Assembly (NCBI GenBank): GCA_042568575.1
Contig: JBHPIO010000001.1
Coordinates: 96,001-160,000 of the forward strand
Length of the DNA stretch: 64,000 bases
Source of the DNA: Patescibacteria group bacterium
GTDB lineage: Bacteria; Patescibacteriota; Gracilibacteria; UBA1369; PNNO01
Direction of reading: 5' to 3'
In this document: positions 9,587-18,990 of the stretch, piece after piece
Layout of the letters: the number at the start of each line of letters is the position of its first letter
Position numbering within the stretch: position 1 is the first letter of the stretch
Made by a program: the position numbers and the translations under genes
The notes under the pieces: model-generated
What the model was told of the DNA's origin: nothing
The model's input: only the letters and a program-made list of their open reading frames with translations
The model's database searches: none

Positions 9587-10816
9587 ATGGAAAACAAAAA
9601 TCATAAAAAAAATGGATTTACGATAATTGAACTTCTATTGGTAATAGCACTTACAGTAATCATATTTTCAGGTGTATTTGCGGTTCAGGGAAGATTTCTT
9701 GTAAACACATACCTTGATACAAATACAGAACAGATAGTTCAGCAATTACGGCTCGCACAAATGCGTTCGATAAGTAAATTTAAAGATTCTGAGTGGGGTG
9801 TTTATTTTGACGAAGACGTGGACGGAAATGATGACAAATTTGTACTTTTTAAAGGCTCTAACTATGAAAACAGAGATCAATCATATGACATCATAACCAA
9901 TTTACCTGACTCCATAGCGCTTTCAAGCATTAACTTAACAGGCGGCACTGATTATATCGTTTTCAATAAAGTTACTGGAGCAACAAAAAACTCTGGATCA
10001 ATTCAAATTTTTGATAATCAAGAAGGTGTAAATACAATTTTAATCAATGGGAAAGGGCTTACAGGGGTAAATGAAATCCCAGCAGGAAGTGGTAGTGGTG
10101 ACTCAACTGAACCATTATCAATAACCGACTTAGCTCTATCCGGTGCCACCGAAGAAAGCCTGGATCTTTCTTGGAGTGCAACAGGAGACGATGGAATTGT
10201 CGGCATTGCAGATTTGTATGATGTCAGATATTCAACATCAACAATAACAGAAGAAAACTGGGCAACTGCAACTCACGTTGCAGCAGAACCAACGCCAGCT
10301 GCTTATGGGTCAGCAGAATCGATGACAGTTTCTGGATTATCATCCGCAACAACATATTATTTTGCCATGAAAGCTTTGGATGAAGTGCCAAATGAATCAT
10401 CCCTTTCCAATGTAGTTTCACTAACAACTTTGGATTCAAGTTCACAAACAGAATCACTAGTTGTTAATACTTCAAAAGCATATTTATCAAATGGGAATAA
10501 ATATCTTAAAGGAATCACAATAAGCAATAGCGCAGAGGAGGACATAATAATCGATAAAATGACTGTTGAATGGAATAATGAGCCATACAAAAGAACATAT
10601 CTAAGAGTAATTAGGATTAATTCGAGGAATGTTTGGGTTGGATATGGATATTCAGGTGTAGAGGTTGATATAAAGGATTTCACGCTTTCACCAAAGCAGA
10701 AAAGTTATTCAATTAATCAAATTAGATTCACTAAAAATATGAAGGGATCCAATATAACAATAACATTAACAATGGCAGACAAAAGTACCATAACAACCCC
10801 CGTACTAAAATTTTAA
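9587..10816 (+). CDS. minor pilin (FimT/GspH-like) with FN3 domain and a C-terminal beta domain
   Basis: KKNG|FTIIELL prepilin motif; FN3 pattern LSWSATGDDG...YDVRY...LSSATTYYFAMKA. Confidence 0.8.
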   Translation: MENKNHKKNGFTIIELLLVIALTVIIFSGVFAVQGRFLVNTYLDTNTEQIVQQLRLAQMRSISKFKDSEWGVYFDEDVDGNDDKFVLFKGSNYENRDQSYDIITNLPDSIALSSINLTGGTDYIVFNKVTGATKNSGSIQIFDNQEGVNTILINGKGLTGVNEIPAGSGSGDSTEPLSITDLALSGATEESLDLSWSATGDDGIVGIADLYDVRYSTSTITEENWATATHVAAEPTPAAYGSAESMTVSGLSSATTYYFAMKALDEVPNESSLSNVVSLTTLDSSSQTESLVVNTSKAYLSNGNKYLKGITISNSAEEDIIIDKMTVEWNNEPYKRTYLRVIRINSRNVWVGYGYSGVEVDIKDFTLSPKQKSYSINQIRFTKNMKGSNITITLTMADKSTITTPVLKF

Positions 10817-10817
10817 A

Positions 10818-11666
10818 ATGAACAAAATCAAAAGAAATAAAGGCAACTCAATTATTGAAATAATCATTGCGATTGGAATATTCGCTTTAGTTTTTCCTAC
10901 TTTATCGATTTTGGTAATTGGGGGTTTCAGCACTACCTTGCGAGATAGTGAACGCTTCCAGGCCGACATGTATCTGCAACAAGGATTCGAAGCAATGCGA
11001 TCTATTAGAGATTACGGTTACGCCAATTTAACCACTGGAACACACGGACTCACAAAAACAAATGGATACTGGGAATTATCAGGAAGTTCTGACACAAACG
11101 GTCAATTCACGCGCGAGATAGTAGTTGAAGAAGTAGAGAGAGACAGCAATTGTGCAATTGTTGCTAGTGGGGGAAAAGTCGACAATAACTCAAAAAAAAT
11201 AACAGCAACAATAACGTGGGACATTGAAGCCGGAAACAGCACCTCTATTTCAACAAGCCAATATTTACATAATTGGACCGATGCCACAGGATGCAATGCT
11301 TCGGATAACTTTAGCGTTGATACTTCAAGTGCATATTTATCAAGTGGCAATAAGACAATAAATGATATATTCATTGAAAACACCGGAGGAGTTGGGATAA
11401 GTATCGATAAAATAACAGTTTCATGGAGTGGAGCGCCTAGCGGCACTGATATTAAAAGAATTAAAATTGACGGAGACACTCTTTGGTCTGGAAATAAAGG
11501 TTCCGGAGAAGTATTGAATATAGAAAATTTCACACTTGATGCGGGATCAGGTGTATATGAAATAGACCAAATTAGATTCGACAAATCAATGGTTGGAACA
11601 ACAGTTAGTCTTGAATTTGAAATGACAGACACAAGCACAGCAACTATTCCTAATATTCAATTTTAA
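10818..11666 (+). CDS. minor pilin (PilV-like) with C-terminal beta domain
   Basis: NKG|NSIIEIII degenerate prepilin motif, EAMRS, FTREI, KKITATITW. Confidence 0.75.
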   Translation: MNKIKRNKGNSIIEIIIAIGIFALVFPTLSILVIGGFSTTLRDSERFQADMYLQQGFEAMRSIRDYGYANLTTGTHGLTKTNGYWELSGSSDTNGQFTREIVVEEVERDSNCAIVASGGKVDNNSKKITATITWDIEAGNSTSISTSQYLHNWTDATGCNASDNFSVDTSSAYLSSGNKTINDIFIENTGGVGISIDKITVSWSGAPSGTDIKRIKIDGDTLWSGNKGSGEVLNIENFTLDAGSGVYEIDQIRFDKSMVGTTVSLEFEMTDTSTATIPNIQF

Positions 11667-12215
11667 ATGAAAAAGCCAGTTACACAGAAAGGATTTACTC
11701 TCGTTGAGTTCATAATATATGTGGCAATAGCTTCTTTTGTGCTTATTTCAACCGTAAATGTAAGTTGGAACATTATGAGTGCACAGGCTAATTTCAATGC
11801 AAAACAGGAAGTCTACATCAACTCCAGACTAGCCATGAATCAAGTTGGAATAGTGATCAAGGAAGCCGAAGACGTACTTACTGCCCAATCTGTATTCGAT
11901 TCGCATCCTGGCGTGCTCACTTTAGATTATCCAGGAGTTAATGACGTTATAATTGATACTTACATCAAAAACATAAGTGTTGGAGGTCAGTCAGCCGCAA
12001 TTCGCAAACTTCAAATCAAGGGGATTGATGGAAGCTTTACGGATTTAACAACAGACAAAGTTAATGTTACTAACTTTAAATTAACAAACCTTACTCGTGG
12101 ATCAGAGAAAGACAACATAAATATGGAATTACGAATTGAAAAAATCAACCCAGGGGACGATCCAACATACGATGCTTCTATTGAGTTTGAAACGGCAATT
12201 TCTTTAAGAGAATAA
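11667..12215 (+). CDS. minor pilin (PilW/GspJ-like)
   Basis: QKG|FTLVEFIIY prepilin motif; position in operon. Confidence 0.8.
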   Translation: MKKPVTQKGFTLVEFIIYVAIASFVLISTVNVSWNIMSAQANFNAKQEVYINSRLAMNQVGIVIKEAEDVLTAQSVFDSHPGVLTLDYPGVNDVIIDTYIKNISVGGQSAAIRKLQIKGIDGSFTDLTTDKVNVTNFKLTNLTRGSEKDNINMELRIEKINPGDDPTYDASIEFETAISLRE

Positions 12216-12217
12216 AT

Positions 12218-12622
12218 ATGAACAAAATAATGAAAACAATTAGAAAAACAAATGAAGGTGCTGCTGTGCTAATTATTGTTATTATTATGGGGTCGGCAAT
12301 GCTATTAATTGCGTTAAGTCTCGGCATATCTTCAATTTCTGAAAATCTGATAAATCTCTATCAAAGTCAATCGAGTCGGTTGTCGCTTAGCATTGATGGT
12401 TGTGCTGAAGAAGCCTTAATACGGCTTAACAGGGATAATAGCTACAACGAAGAAACTCTTTCAATTGGAGGGACTTCTTGCACAATTAGCGTATCAGGTA
12501 GTGGAAGCAGTAGGACTATTAATGTTGCAGGAACAAAAAGCGATTACAGCAGAGAGCTGGAAATCGCAGTAAATATATCACCTACATATGCCATAACTTC
12601 ATGGCAGGAACTAACCACATAA
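12218..12622 (+). CDS. minor pilin (PilX/GspK-like)
   Basis: NEG|AAVLII lacking Glu5, GCAEEAL motif, terminal ITSWQE. Confidence 0.75.
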   Translation: MNKIMKTIRKTNEGAAVLIIVIIMGSAMLLIALSLGISSISENLINLYQSQSSRLSLSIDGCAEEALIRLNRDNSYNEETLSIGGTSCTISVSGSGSSRTINVAGTKSDYSRELEIAVNISPTYAITSWQELTT

Positions 12623-12624
12623 CT

Positions 12625-13587
12625 ATGTTCGAATTTTTTAAGAAAAGAAATCTCACTTTATATTGTACAGACACCTATGTACAAATACTCGTCCTAAAAG
12701 GCAAAAAGCGAAATATGAGAGTTGGCGCGTACGGTCAACGAAATCTATCATCAGGTATAATCAAAAACGGTGAGATTATGCAGGAAAAACAGCTAGCTAT
12801 AGAAATAATCACACTCCTTTCTGAGTTAAATATTAAAGATAAGAATTGCCTTATCGCCCTACCGAAAAATCATATTTTTGAGCATATCATTTACATGGAC
12901 TCTTCACTAAAAAAAGAGGCTTTTACAGAGAAATTAGAAGAAGAAATTAAAAAAATAATTCCAATACCTTTTCAAGAGTTAAAATATACTTATAGTGCTA
13001 CAACATACGGAAAAGCGCAGGCAGTATATGTTGTGGCCATAAAAAAAGAAATAGTTGCCAAATATTACGAAGTTTTGAAGTCCTTCTGCAATCTTAATCC
13101 TTTAGTCTTTGAATCTGAAACTTCAAGTTTAATAAGAAATGTTCCAATAGATTTGCGCGAAGATAAGGGGAAAATCCTAATTGAAGTCCTTCCAAATAAA
13201 ACTGAATGGCTCATTCTCTGGAAGGAAAATATTTTCGATAGCAATACAATATCTAAGACAGGGGATCAGGATGATATTCAAATTGTCACAAGCGACTTGT
13301 TGGAATCAATAATTAATTTTTCTAATAAAACCAAACGCAAAATAAGTGATATCTATTTAATAGGGGACAAAGAAAAAGCTGCAATTATAGGTAACTCTCT
13401 AGAACAAAGCGTGAAACTCAAACCTCAATATCTTTCTGATTTCAGAATCAACTTAAAAACTAAAAAAGAAAATTTGTCTACAAAATTTAAAGTAATTGGT
13501 GGTCTAGCACTACATGAAATGAATCAGAAAAATTCTCTTAACTTAATCCCAAAAAATCCTAAGAAGGGGGTTGCTAGAGGGGGATAA
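12625..13587 (+). CDS. PilM-like pilus assembly protein (actin-like fold, divergent)
   Basis: GIIKNGEI, IALP, IIPIPFQEL, IYLIG segments; position in operon; ATG at 12625 follows the previous stop. Confidence 0.7.
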   Translation: MFEFFKKRNLTLYCTDTYVQILVLKGKKRNMRVGAYGQRNLSSGIIKNGEIMQEKQLAIEIITLLSELNIKDKNCLIALPKNHIFEHIIYMDSSLKKEAFTEKLEEEIKKIIPIPFQELKYTYSATTYGKAQAVYVVAIKKEIVAKYYEVLKSFCNLNPLVFESETSSLIRNVPIDLREDKGKILIEVLPNKTEWLILWKENIFDSNTISKTGDQDDIQIVTSDLLESIINFSNKTKRKISDIYLIGDKEKAAIIGNSLEQSVKLKPQYLSDFRINLKTKKENLSTKFKVIGGLALHEMNQKNSLNLIPKNPKKGVARGG

Positions 13588-13599
13588 TTGATGTATAAT
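13571..13599 (+). promoter_or_regulatory. sigma70 promoter of the major pilin
   Basis: TTGCTA-17 bp-TATAAT. Confidence 0.6.
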
Positions 13600-13686
13600 A
13601 ATAGTAGTTGAAGTAAATCTTCGGTTACCTCAAGTTAATTTGTTCTTTGACCTTTCGTGCCTTAAATAACCTTAATATAAACATTT

Positions 13687-14220
13687 ATGGGTAATCTATG
13701 CAAAACGCATAGGAGCACAAGGAGCACTCGGAGCAACAAGGGGTTCACCCTCATCGAATTAATCATCGTAATAGCAGTAATTGCTATTCTTGCGGGCTCG
13801 ATTTTCGTAGCCATCGACCCAGCAAGGCGTTTAAACGAATCACGTAATGCAAGACGTGCAAGCGATGTAACAACAGTTTTAGACGCTGTTATAAAATACC
13901 AGGCTGATAATGAAGGAACTCATTATTCAACCGTGGCTGCATTAACTGCTGGTAATTACTATACTATCGGTACATGCGCTACAGGTGGAAATAGTGATTG
14001 TGGAGCTCAAACTACACAGGCAGCTTGTGTAGATCTTTCAAGCATTGGGTCAAACTACCTTGCATCTATACCAATGGATCCAAAAACTGGAACTGCTGCA
14101 AAATCAGACTACTATCTGATGGTTGATTCAAATGGAGCGGTAACTGTTGGTTCATGCGACCCTGAAGGAGAAGGTTCAGGTGGAAGCGGAACTGCACCAA
14201 CAATTGAGTTAAGTCGCTAA
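13687..14220 (+). CDS. major type IV pilin
   Basis: NKG|FTLIELIIVIAVIAILA, ARNARRASDV, YLASIPMDP, four Cys in the mature part; own promoter. Confidence 0.9.
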   Translation: MGNLCKTHRSTRSTRSNKGFTLIELIIVIAVIAILAGSIFVAIDPARRLNESRNARRASDVTTVLDAVIKYQADNEGTHYSTVAALTAGNYYTIGTCATGGNSDCGAQTTQAACVDLSSIGSNYLASIPMDPKTGTAAKSDYYLMVDSNGAVTVGSCDPEGEGSGGSGTAPTIELSR

Positions 14221-14239
14221 CATTTGAAAAAATTGCACC

Positions 14240-14623
14240 ATGGCAGATAAGAAACCATTAAAAGTAATGGTGGCTGAGGATGACTCGTTCCTAATGAACA
14301 TGTACTTAGCCAAATTTAAACAGGAAGGATATGAAGTCATTGCTTCGGCTGATGGAGTTGAAGCAATAACTTCCCTCAAAGCAGGAGAAAATCCTGATAT
14401 CATTCTATTAGATATAATGATGCCCAATAAAAATGGGTTTGAAGTCTTGGATTTTATAAACACAGATCCAAAATTAAAGAAAACACCTGTTATAATTCTT
14501 TCTAATCTAGGTCAAGAATCAGACATTCAACGAGGAAAAGATGCCGGTGCAGTAGATTTTATAGTGAAAGCAAATATTTCTTTAGAAGATATCGTTACTA
14601 AAATCAAGAAATATACAGCTTAA
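14240..14623 (+). CDS. single-domain response regulator (CheY-like receiver)
   Basis: VAEDD, DIILLDIMMP (phospho-Asp), PVIILSN, KA motifs. Confidence 0.92.
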   Translation: MADKKPLKVMVAEDDSFLMNMYLAKFKQEGYEVIASADGVEAITSLKAGENPDIILLDIMMPNKNGFEVLDFINTDPKLKKTPVIILSNLGQESDIQRGKDAGAVDFIVKANISLEDIVTKIKKYTA

Positions 14624-14624
14624 A

Positions 14625-15185
14625 TTAGAGATTCAGAAAATTGAACATCAATTTCGCCCCATATTCTGTCATAAATGACTCGGGATGGAATTGAACACCA
14701 TAAACCTCGTAATCTTTATGCTTAATTGCCATAGGGATTTTGTCGTTAGTCCAGGCAACAACATTTAGACATGCCGGGATATCGTCTATTATAAGAGAAT
14801 GATAACGAGCAACATCAATATTATTTTCAATGTTATTAAATAGATCATTTTGCGTATGTTGAATATTCGAAGTTTTGCCATGAACCGGCAGGGGAGAGGC
14901 AACTGTTTCTCCACCAAAGACTTCATTTATGCATTGCATCCCCAAGCATACACCTAAAATAGGCTTTGTCTTATAGTATTGCCCTATAAGTGATTTGGAA
15001 ATCCCTGCATCTTTAGGAGTTTTAGGACCAGGTGAAATCACGAATTTGTCAAATTCATCAAATAATGGTGTGATTTCTTGATCATTTCGTTTAACAATAA
15101 CTTCACATTGTTTCAACGATTTAATTTGTTGAAACAAATTGTATGTAAACGAATCAAAATTATCGATAAGTAAAATTTTTTGCAT
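14625..15185 (-). CDS. pabA: aminodeoxychorismate/anthranilate synthase component II (glutamine amidotransferase)
   Basis: LIDNFDSFTYNL, ISPGP, LGVCLG, RYHSL, QFHPES; start at MQKILL. Confidence 0.9.
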   Translation of the reverse strand: MQKILLIDNFDSFTYNLFQQIKSLKQCEVIVKRNDQEITPLFDEFDKFVISPGPKTPKDAGISKSLIGQYYKTKPILGVCLGMQCINEVFGGETVASPLPVHGKTSNIQHTQNDLFNNIENNIDVARYHSLIIDDIPACLNVVAWTNDKIPMAIKHKDYEVYGVQFHPESFMTEYGAKLMFNFLNL

Positions 15186-15442
15186 AAAAATTTTTATATG
15201 GGGGCGAATTGAACTATACAAAATTTATTAGGGAAAAGGAAGAAAAACATATACAAATTTTTAGACGAAGAGTATGATTGGACGTTTTTTTTCTTTAAAC
15301 GCCTAAAATCGAACGTTTTGAATATCGCGCTTATACAAGCCATTGCTCGGGGATCGGGGTAGAGGAATATCACGGAATTTAAACTGAATCATATTTATAG
15401 ATAGAAAAAAAGCTTATTCTAAGCCTAAACACACTTTTGTTT

Positions 15443-15479
15443 GCACAAGATATATTGTGCAAAATACTATCTGTTGATC
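15443..15479. promoter_or_regulatory. possible tandem NrdR boxes
   Basis: GCACAAGATATATTGT and ATACTATCTGTTGATC, 21 bp apart, resemble acaCwAtATaTwGtgt. Confidence 0.35.
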
Positions 15480-15500
15480 AAATTAGTTATCCCCTGCATT

Positions 15501-17108
15501 TTATTTCAAATCTTTAACCATGAATGTATCTCCTAATTTGAATCCACGTTTTCGATAATACTCTCGAACTCCAATTCCGCTAATCACGGCCAATTTCGAA
15601 AGTTTATATTCAGAAGTAATTTCTTCTGCACGCTCAAGTAGCCTCTTCCCGTAGCCCTGATGCTGAACCGCTAAATCATCATGTTGCGTTAATGGAATCT
15701 GAGCACCATAAGTATGCAGCTCACGAATCACAGCAGCATATTCTAAATCTTTTATAAAATGCTTCTCGCCAGAAAAAATCTGCGAAGGTATTCTTAAGCG
15801 CAAAAAAGCAATAAGCTTATTCTGTTTTATATCTTCAAAACTCAAGAAATGCTCTTTCCCCTCAGATGAATCGTAAACTCGCTCTATCAGTTTAACGTCT
15901 TTAATATCGACCTGAGTATCACGAACTTCCCTACATCGAATGCATTTGCAACTCTCCCCTTTCTCGTACATATTTGCATGAACCACTTGCCGCAAATTAG
16001 AAACTGTTGAACCACCAAGAATACTTTCGGCCGGAATATCCCTATATAAACGTGCAATTCGAACATATTCAGGAACCAATGTTTTCATTTCACTAATAAG
16101 TTCAATTAGCTCGTCGTCTGAATAAGGCTTATGTTTGCCATCCTTGAACACTTTCTCAAGCTCACTATGAGGAGTAACAACACACGGATAAATCTTAAGC
16201 CAATCAGGTTTAAAATCAGGATCTTTAAATAATTCTGCAAACATTTCGAGATCTTTTTTTGGCGTGCTTCCATAAAGATTTGGCATCATGTGGGCGTTTA
16301 TCTTGAACCCGGCATCTTTAAGAAGCTTCATTGCAGTGCGGATCTCCCCCACTCCGTGTCCCCTCTTATTTTTCTTGAGAATCTTATCATCAAGCGCTTG
16401 AATCCCTATTTCTACTTTTGTAGCCCCAAGATTTCGCATGCGCTTAACCTCATCTATATTAATCCAGTCCGGACGTGTTTCTAGAGAAAGACCAACACAT
16501 CTATGTTTTGCAGTCTCATTTATCTTCTGTGCATCCTCAAGTGAAGTTGATTTTTCGCCTTCATTAAGCGCATTATAAACTCCTCGTATAAAAGAAGTCT
16601 GATAGTTTTTTGGATAGTATGAAAAAGTTCCACCGGCAACAATAATCTCAATTTTGTCTGTTGGATGACCTGTTCTTTCAAGCCCCTGAAGACGATTTGT
16701 AACCTGACGATAACCATCAAAATCGTTGAGTATTGCTCTCATCATTGCGGGCTCATTCGAAAGGTAACTCTTTGGCATTTCCGGTTCAGAAGGGCAAAAA
16801 ATACACGTTCCCGGACAAGCATAATGCTTCGTTAAGACAGTAACATTAGCAATCCCGGATTGTGATCTAACTTTCCGCTTTATTATTAAGTCAAAAAAGA
16901 CTTTGTTTTCCTGTATATCACCATCTTTCACCAATTTCCGATAGGTCTTAATTAAAGAAACATTAGTAGGCGAACTTATACGATACTTTAGGCTATATTC
17001 GTTCTTTAACGTCTGAAGATCTTTCTGTTTAGTGATATTTTTAGAAAGCGCTTCACAGAGCAAATCTTCCAAAATTTTATTAAGCGGTTTTCGCTGCTTG
17101 CAGTCCAT
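15501..17108 (-). CDS. elp3: Elp3 tRNA uridine(34) carboxymethyltransferase (radical SAM plus KAT/GNAT)
   Basis: RSQSG, CPGTCIFCP, PKSY, GGTF, ETRPD, KIYP, IRCRE, IRELHTYG, QHQGYGKRLL, VISGIGVREYYRK. Confidence 0.93.
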   Translation of the reverse strand: MDCKQRKPLNKILEDLLCEALSKNITKQKDLQTLKNEYSLKYRISSPTNVSLIKTYRKLVKDGDIQENKVFFDLIIKRKVRSQSGIANVTVLTKHYACPGTCIFCPSEPEMPKSYLSNEPAMMRAILNDFDGYRQVTNRLQGLERTGHPTDKIEIIVAGGTFSYYPKNYQTSFIRGVYNALNEGEKSTSLEDAQKINETAKHRCVGLSLETRPDWINIDEVKRMRNLGATKVEIGIQALDDKILKKNKRGHGVGEIRTAMKLLKDAGFKINAHMMPNLYGSTPKKDLEMFAELFKDPDFKPDWLKIYPCVVTPHSELEKVFKDGKHKPYSDDELIELISEMKTLVPEYVRIARLYRDIPAESILGGSTVSNLRQVVHANMYEKGESCKCIRCREVRDTQVDIKDVKLIERVYDSSEGKEHFLSFEDIKQNKLIAFLRLRIPSQIFSGEKHFIKDLEYAAVIRELHTYGAQIPLTQHDDLAVQHQGYGKRLLERAEEITSEYKLSKLAVISGIGVREYYRKRGFKLGDTFMVKDLK

Positions 17109-17153
17109 ATGCCTTTCTTGTATGGTTATTATTGCGGATCCTAATTCTATCCT

Positions 17154-17828
17154 ATGAAAGAGTCGGTGGCAAAACAATTATTGCAGAAAGTTCAGGAGGA
17201 TTATGCGACTATTGCAGATGAATTTTCCCAAACAAGACAGTATGCATGGCCAGAATTTAAACATTTTAAGAAATATATTAACCCAGGTGATACAATTCTG
17301 GATCTTGGATGTGGAAATGGTCGTTTATATGAATCTTTGAAGGATTTACAAAACATAAAATATATTGGGATAGATAATAACAAAAAATTTATACAGCTTG
17401 CGCAAAAAAAGTATACAGACACAAAATTTATAGTCGGAGATGCACTAAATATCCCCCTAAAAGAGGATATCGATATCGTGCTTTCTATTGCATCTTTACA
17501 CCACATCGCCTCATCACGTTTGCGCAAAAAAAGTGTACGCGAATTATCAAGAATTACAAAGAAAAATGGATACGTCATTGTTACTGTTTGGGATCTCTTC
17601 CAAAAGCGCTACAGGAAATACATACTCCAAAGCTTGTTCAAATATTTTATTCAATTTGGGAAGTATGACTGGAATGATACGTTCATCCCATGGGGCAAGA
17701 CTGGAGTTAAAAGATACTATCATGCGTTCACAAAGCGTGAGCTAAAAAAACTCTTTGAAAAGAACGGGTTCGAGATAGTAGAATTATTTAAAACGAATAA
17801 CCTTTGCTTGGTATGCAGAAAAAAATAG
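17154..17828 (+). CDS. class I SAM methyltransferase, Trm9/ALKBH8-like
   Basis: YATIADEFSQTR..AWP, LDLGCGNG, SIASLHH, GYVIVTVW, DTFIPW, RYYHAF in the Trm9/ALKBH8 motif order. Confidence 0.75.
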   Translation: MKESVAKQLLQKVQEDYATIADEFSQTRQYAWPEFKHFKKYINPGDTILDLGCGNGRLYESLKDLQNIKYIGIDNNKKFIQLAQKKYTDTKFIVGDALNIPLKEDIDIVLSIASLHHIASSRLRKKSVRELSRITKKNGYVIVTVWDLFQKRYRKYILQSLFKYFIQFGKYDWNDTFIPWGKTGVKRYYHAFTKRELKKLFEKNGFEIVELFKTNNLCLVCRKK

Positions 17829-18610
17829 ATGTACTGAACGTAAGATTCGACAATGTAACTATCGAGGAAACTCTCGATTATATTTTCGATCATATTAACA
17901 GAGGAAAAAAGGGATATCTTTGTACACCTAATCCTGAAATGCTTCTTGAAGCAGAGAGAAATCACGACTTCAAGAAAGTCTTAAATCACTCATTATTAAA
18001 TATCCCAGATGGAATAGGGATTTTATGGGCAGCAACTCATATTGCACGTAAATCATCGAAACTTAAGGCATTCTTCACCCTTCCATTAATTGCATTTATG
18101 CCAAGTATGTTTAAAAAGATCCTTAGAGAACGAGTAACAGGATCAGATTTAATGAAGAAAATCGCAAGAGAGGCGGCGAGAGCAAACAAAAGCATCTTTC
18201 TACTCGGTGCTGCCGAAGGAATCGCAGAAGAAACAGCTGAGAAATTAAAAAAAACATATACCGGATTACAAATTGCAGGAACTTATGCCGGCTCCCCTAC
18301 CCCAGATGAAGAAGAATTCATAATCAATGGCATCAACGATGCATCTCCAGACATACTTTTTGTTGCGTATGGCGCGCCAAGACAGGAAATGTGGATATCC
18401 AGGAACCTCAAATACTTAAACAGCGTAAAAATAGCAATAGGGATCGGAGGCGCTTTCGACTTTATTGCCGGAAAAAGAAAACGAGCTCCAAAGTGGATGC
18501 AAAAACTAGGACTCGAATGGCTTTTCAGACTAATTCAAGAACCGTCACGCTGGAAACGCATCTACAACGCCACAATTAAATTCCCAACAAAAGTAATTAA
18601 AAAACTTTGA
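17813..18610 (+). CDS. WecB/TagA/CpsF family glycosyltransferase
   Basis: TPNPE, PDGIG, RVTGSDL, FVAYGAPRQE, GIGGAFD, RAPKWMQ..GLEWLFRL..EP.RWKR. Confidence 0.92.
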   Translation: MQKKIDVLNVRFDNVTIEETLDYIFDHINRGKKGYLCTPNPEMLLEAERNHDFKKVLNHSLLNIPDGIGILWAATHIARKSSKLKAFFTLPLIAFMPSMFKKILRERVTGSDLMKKIAREAARANKSIFLLGAAEGIAEETAEKLKKTYTGLQIAGTYAGSPTPDEEEFIINGINDASPDILFVAYGAPRQEMWISRNLKYLNSVKIAIGIGGAFDFIAGKRKRAPKWMQKLGLEWLFRLIQEPSRWKRIYNATIKFPTKVIKKL

Positions 18611-18919
18611 TTACTTCTTTTTGCGAGGTCGTCCCCTCTTCTTAACTTTTCTAGCTGCAGATTCTGCCATCTCTTCTCCTCGATGAGCAATAGACTCAAG
18701 AATAGGAGCTACTTTGTCCATAACAGAATTTGCCATAACAAGAGGTCTGTATACAAAATCATTCACTTTTTTCACAGTATCACGTACATAATGTGATGTT
18801 TTGCTCGCATCACGAAGAATGAAGATCAGATAAATAATCGCAATCGCCAAAAGGATCCCCACAAGAAGAATAACCGCTGCCAGTACAATGTAGAGAATGT
18901 CGAGAGAAGAATTAAACAT
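18611..18919 (-). CDS. small membrane protein (one TM, coiled coil, basic tail)
   Basis: long hydrophobic N-terminus, KKRGRPRKKK tail. Confidence 0.7.
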   Translation of the reverse strand: MFNSSLDILYIVLAAVILLVGILLAIAIIYLIFILRDASKTSHYVRDTVKKVNDFVYRPLVMANSVMDKVAPILESIAHRGEEMAESAARKVKKRGRPRKKK

Positions 18920-18990
18920 ATTTTTTGGGTGAAATTTCGCTATTTATTTTAAAGACATGCGAGAAATAGTGCAATGAAAGGCTCAAAGTA

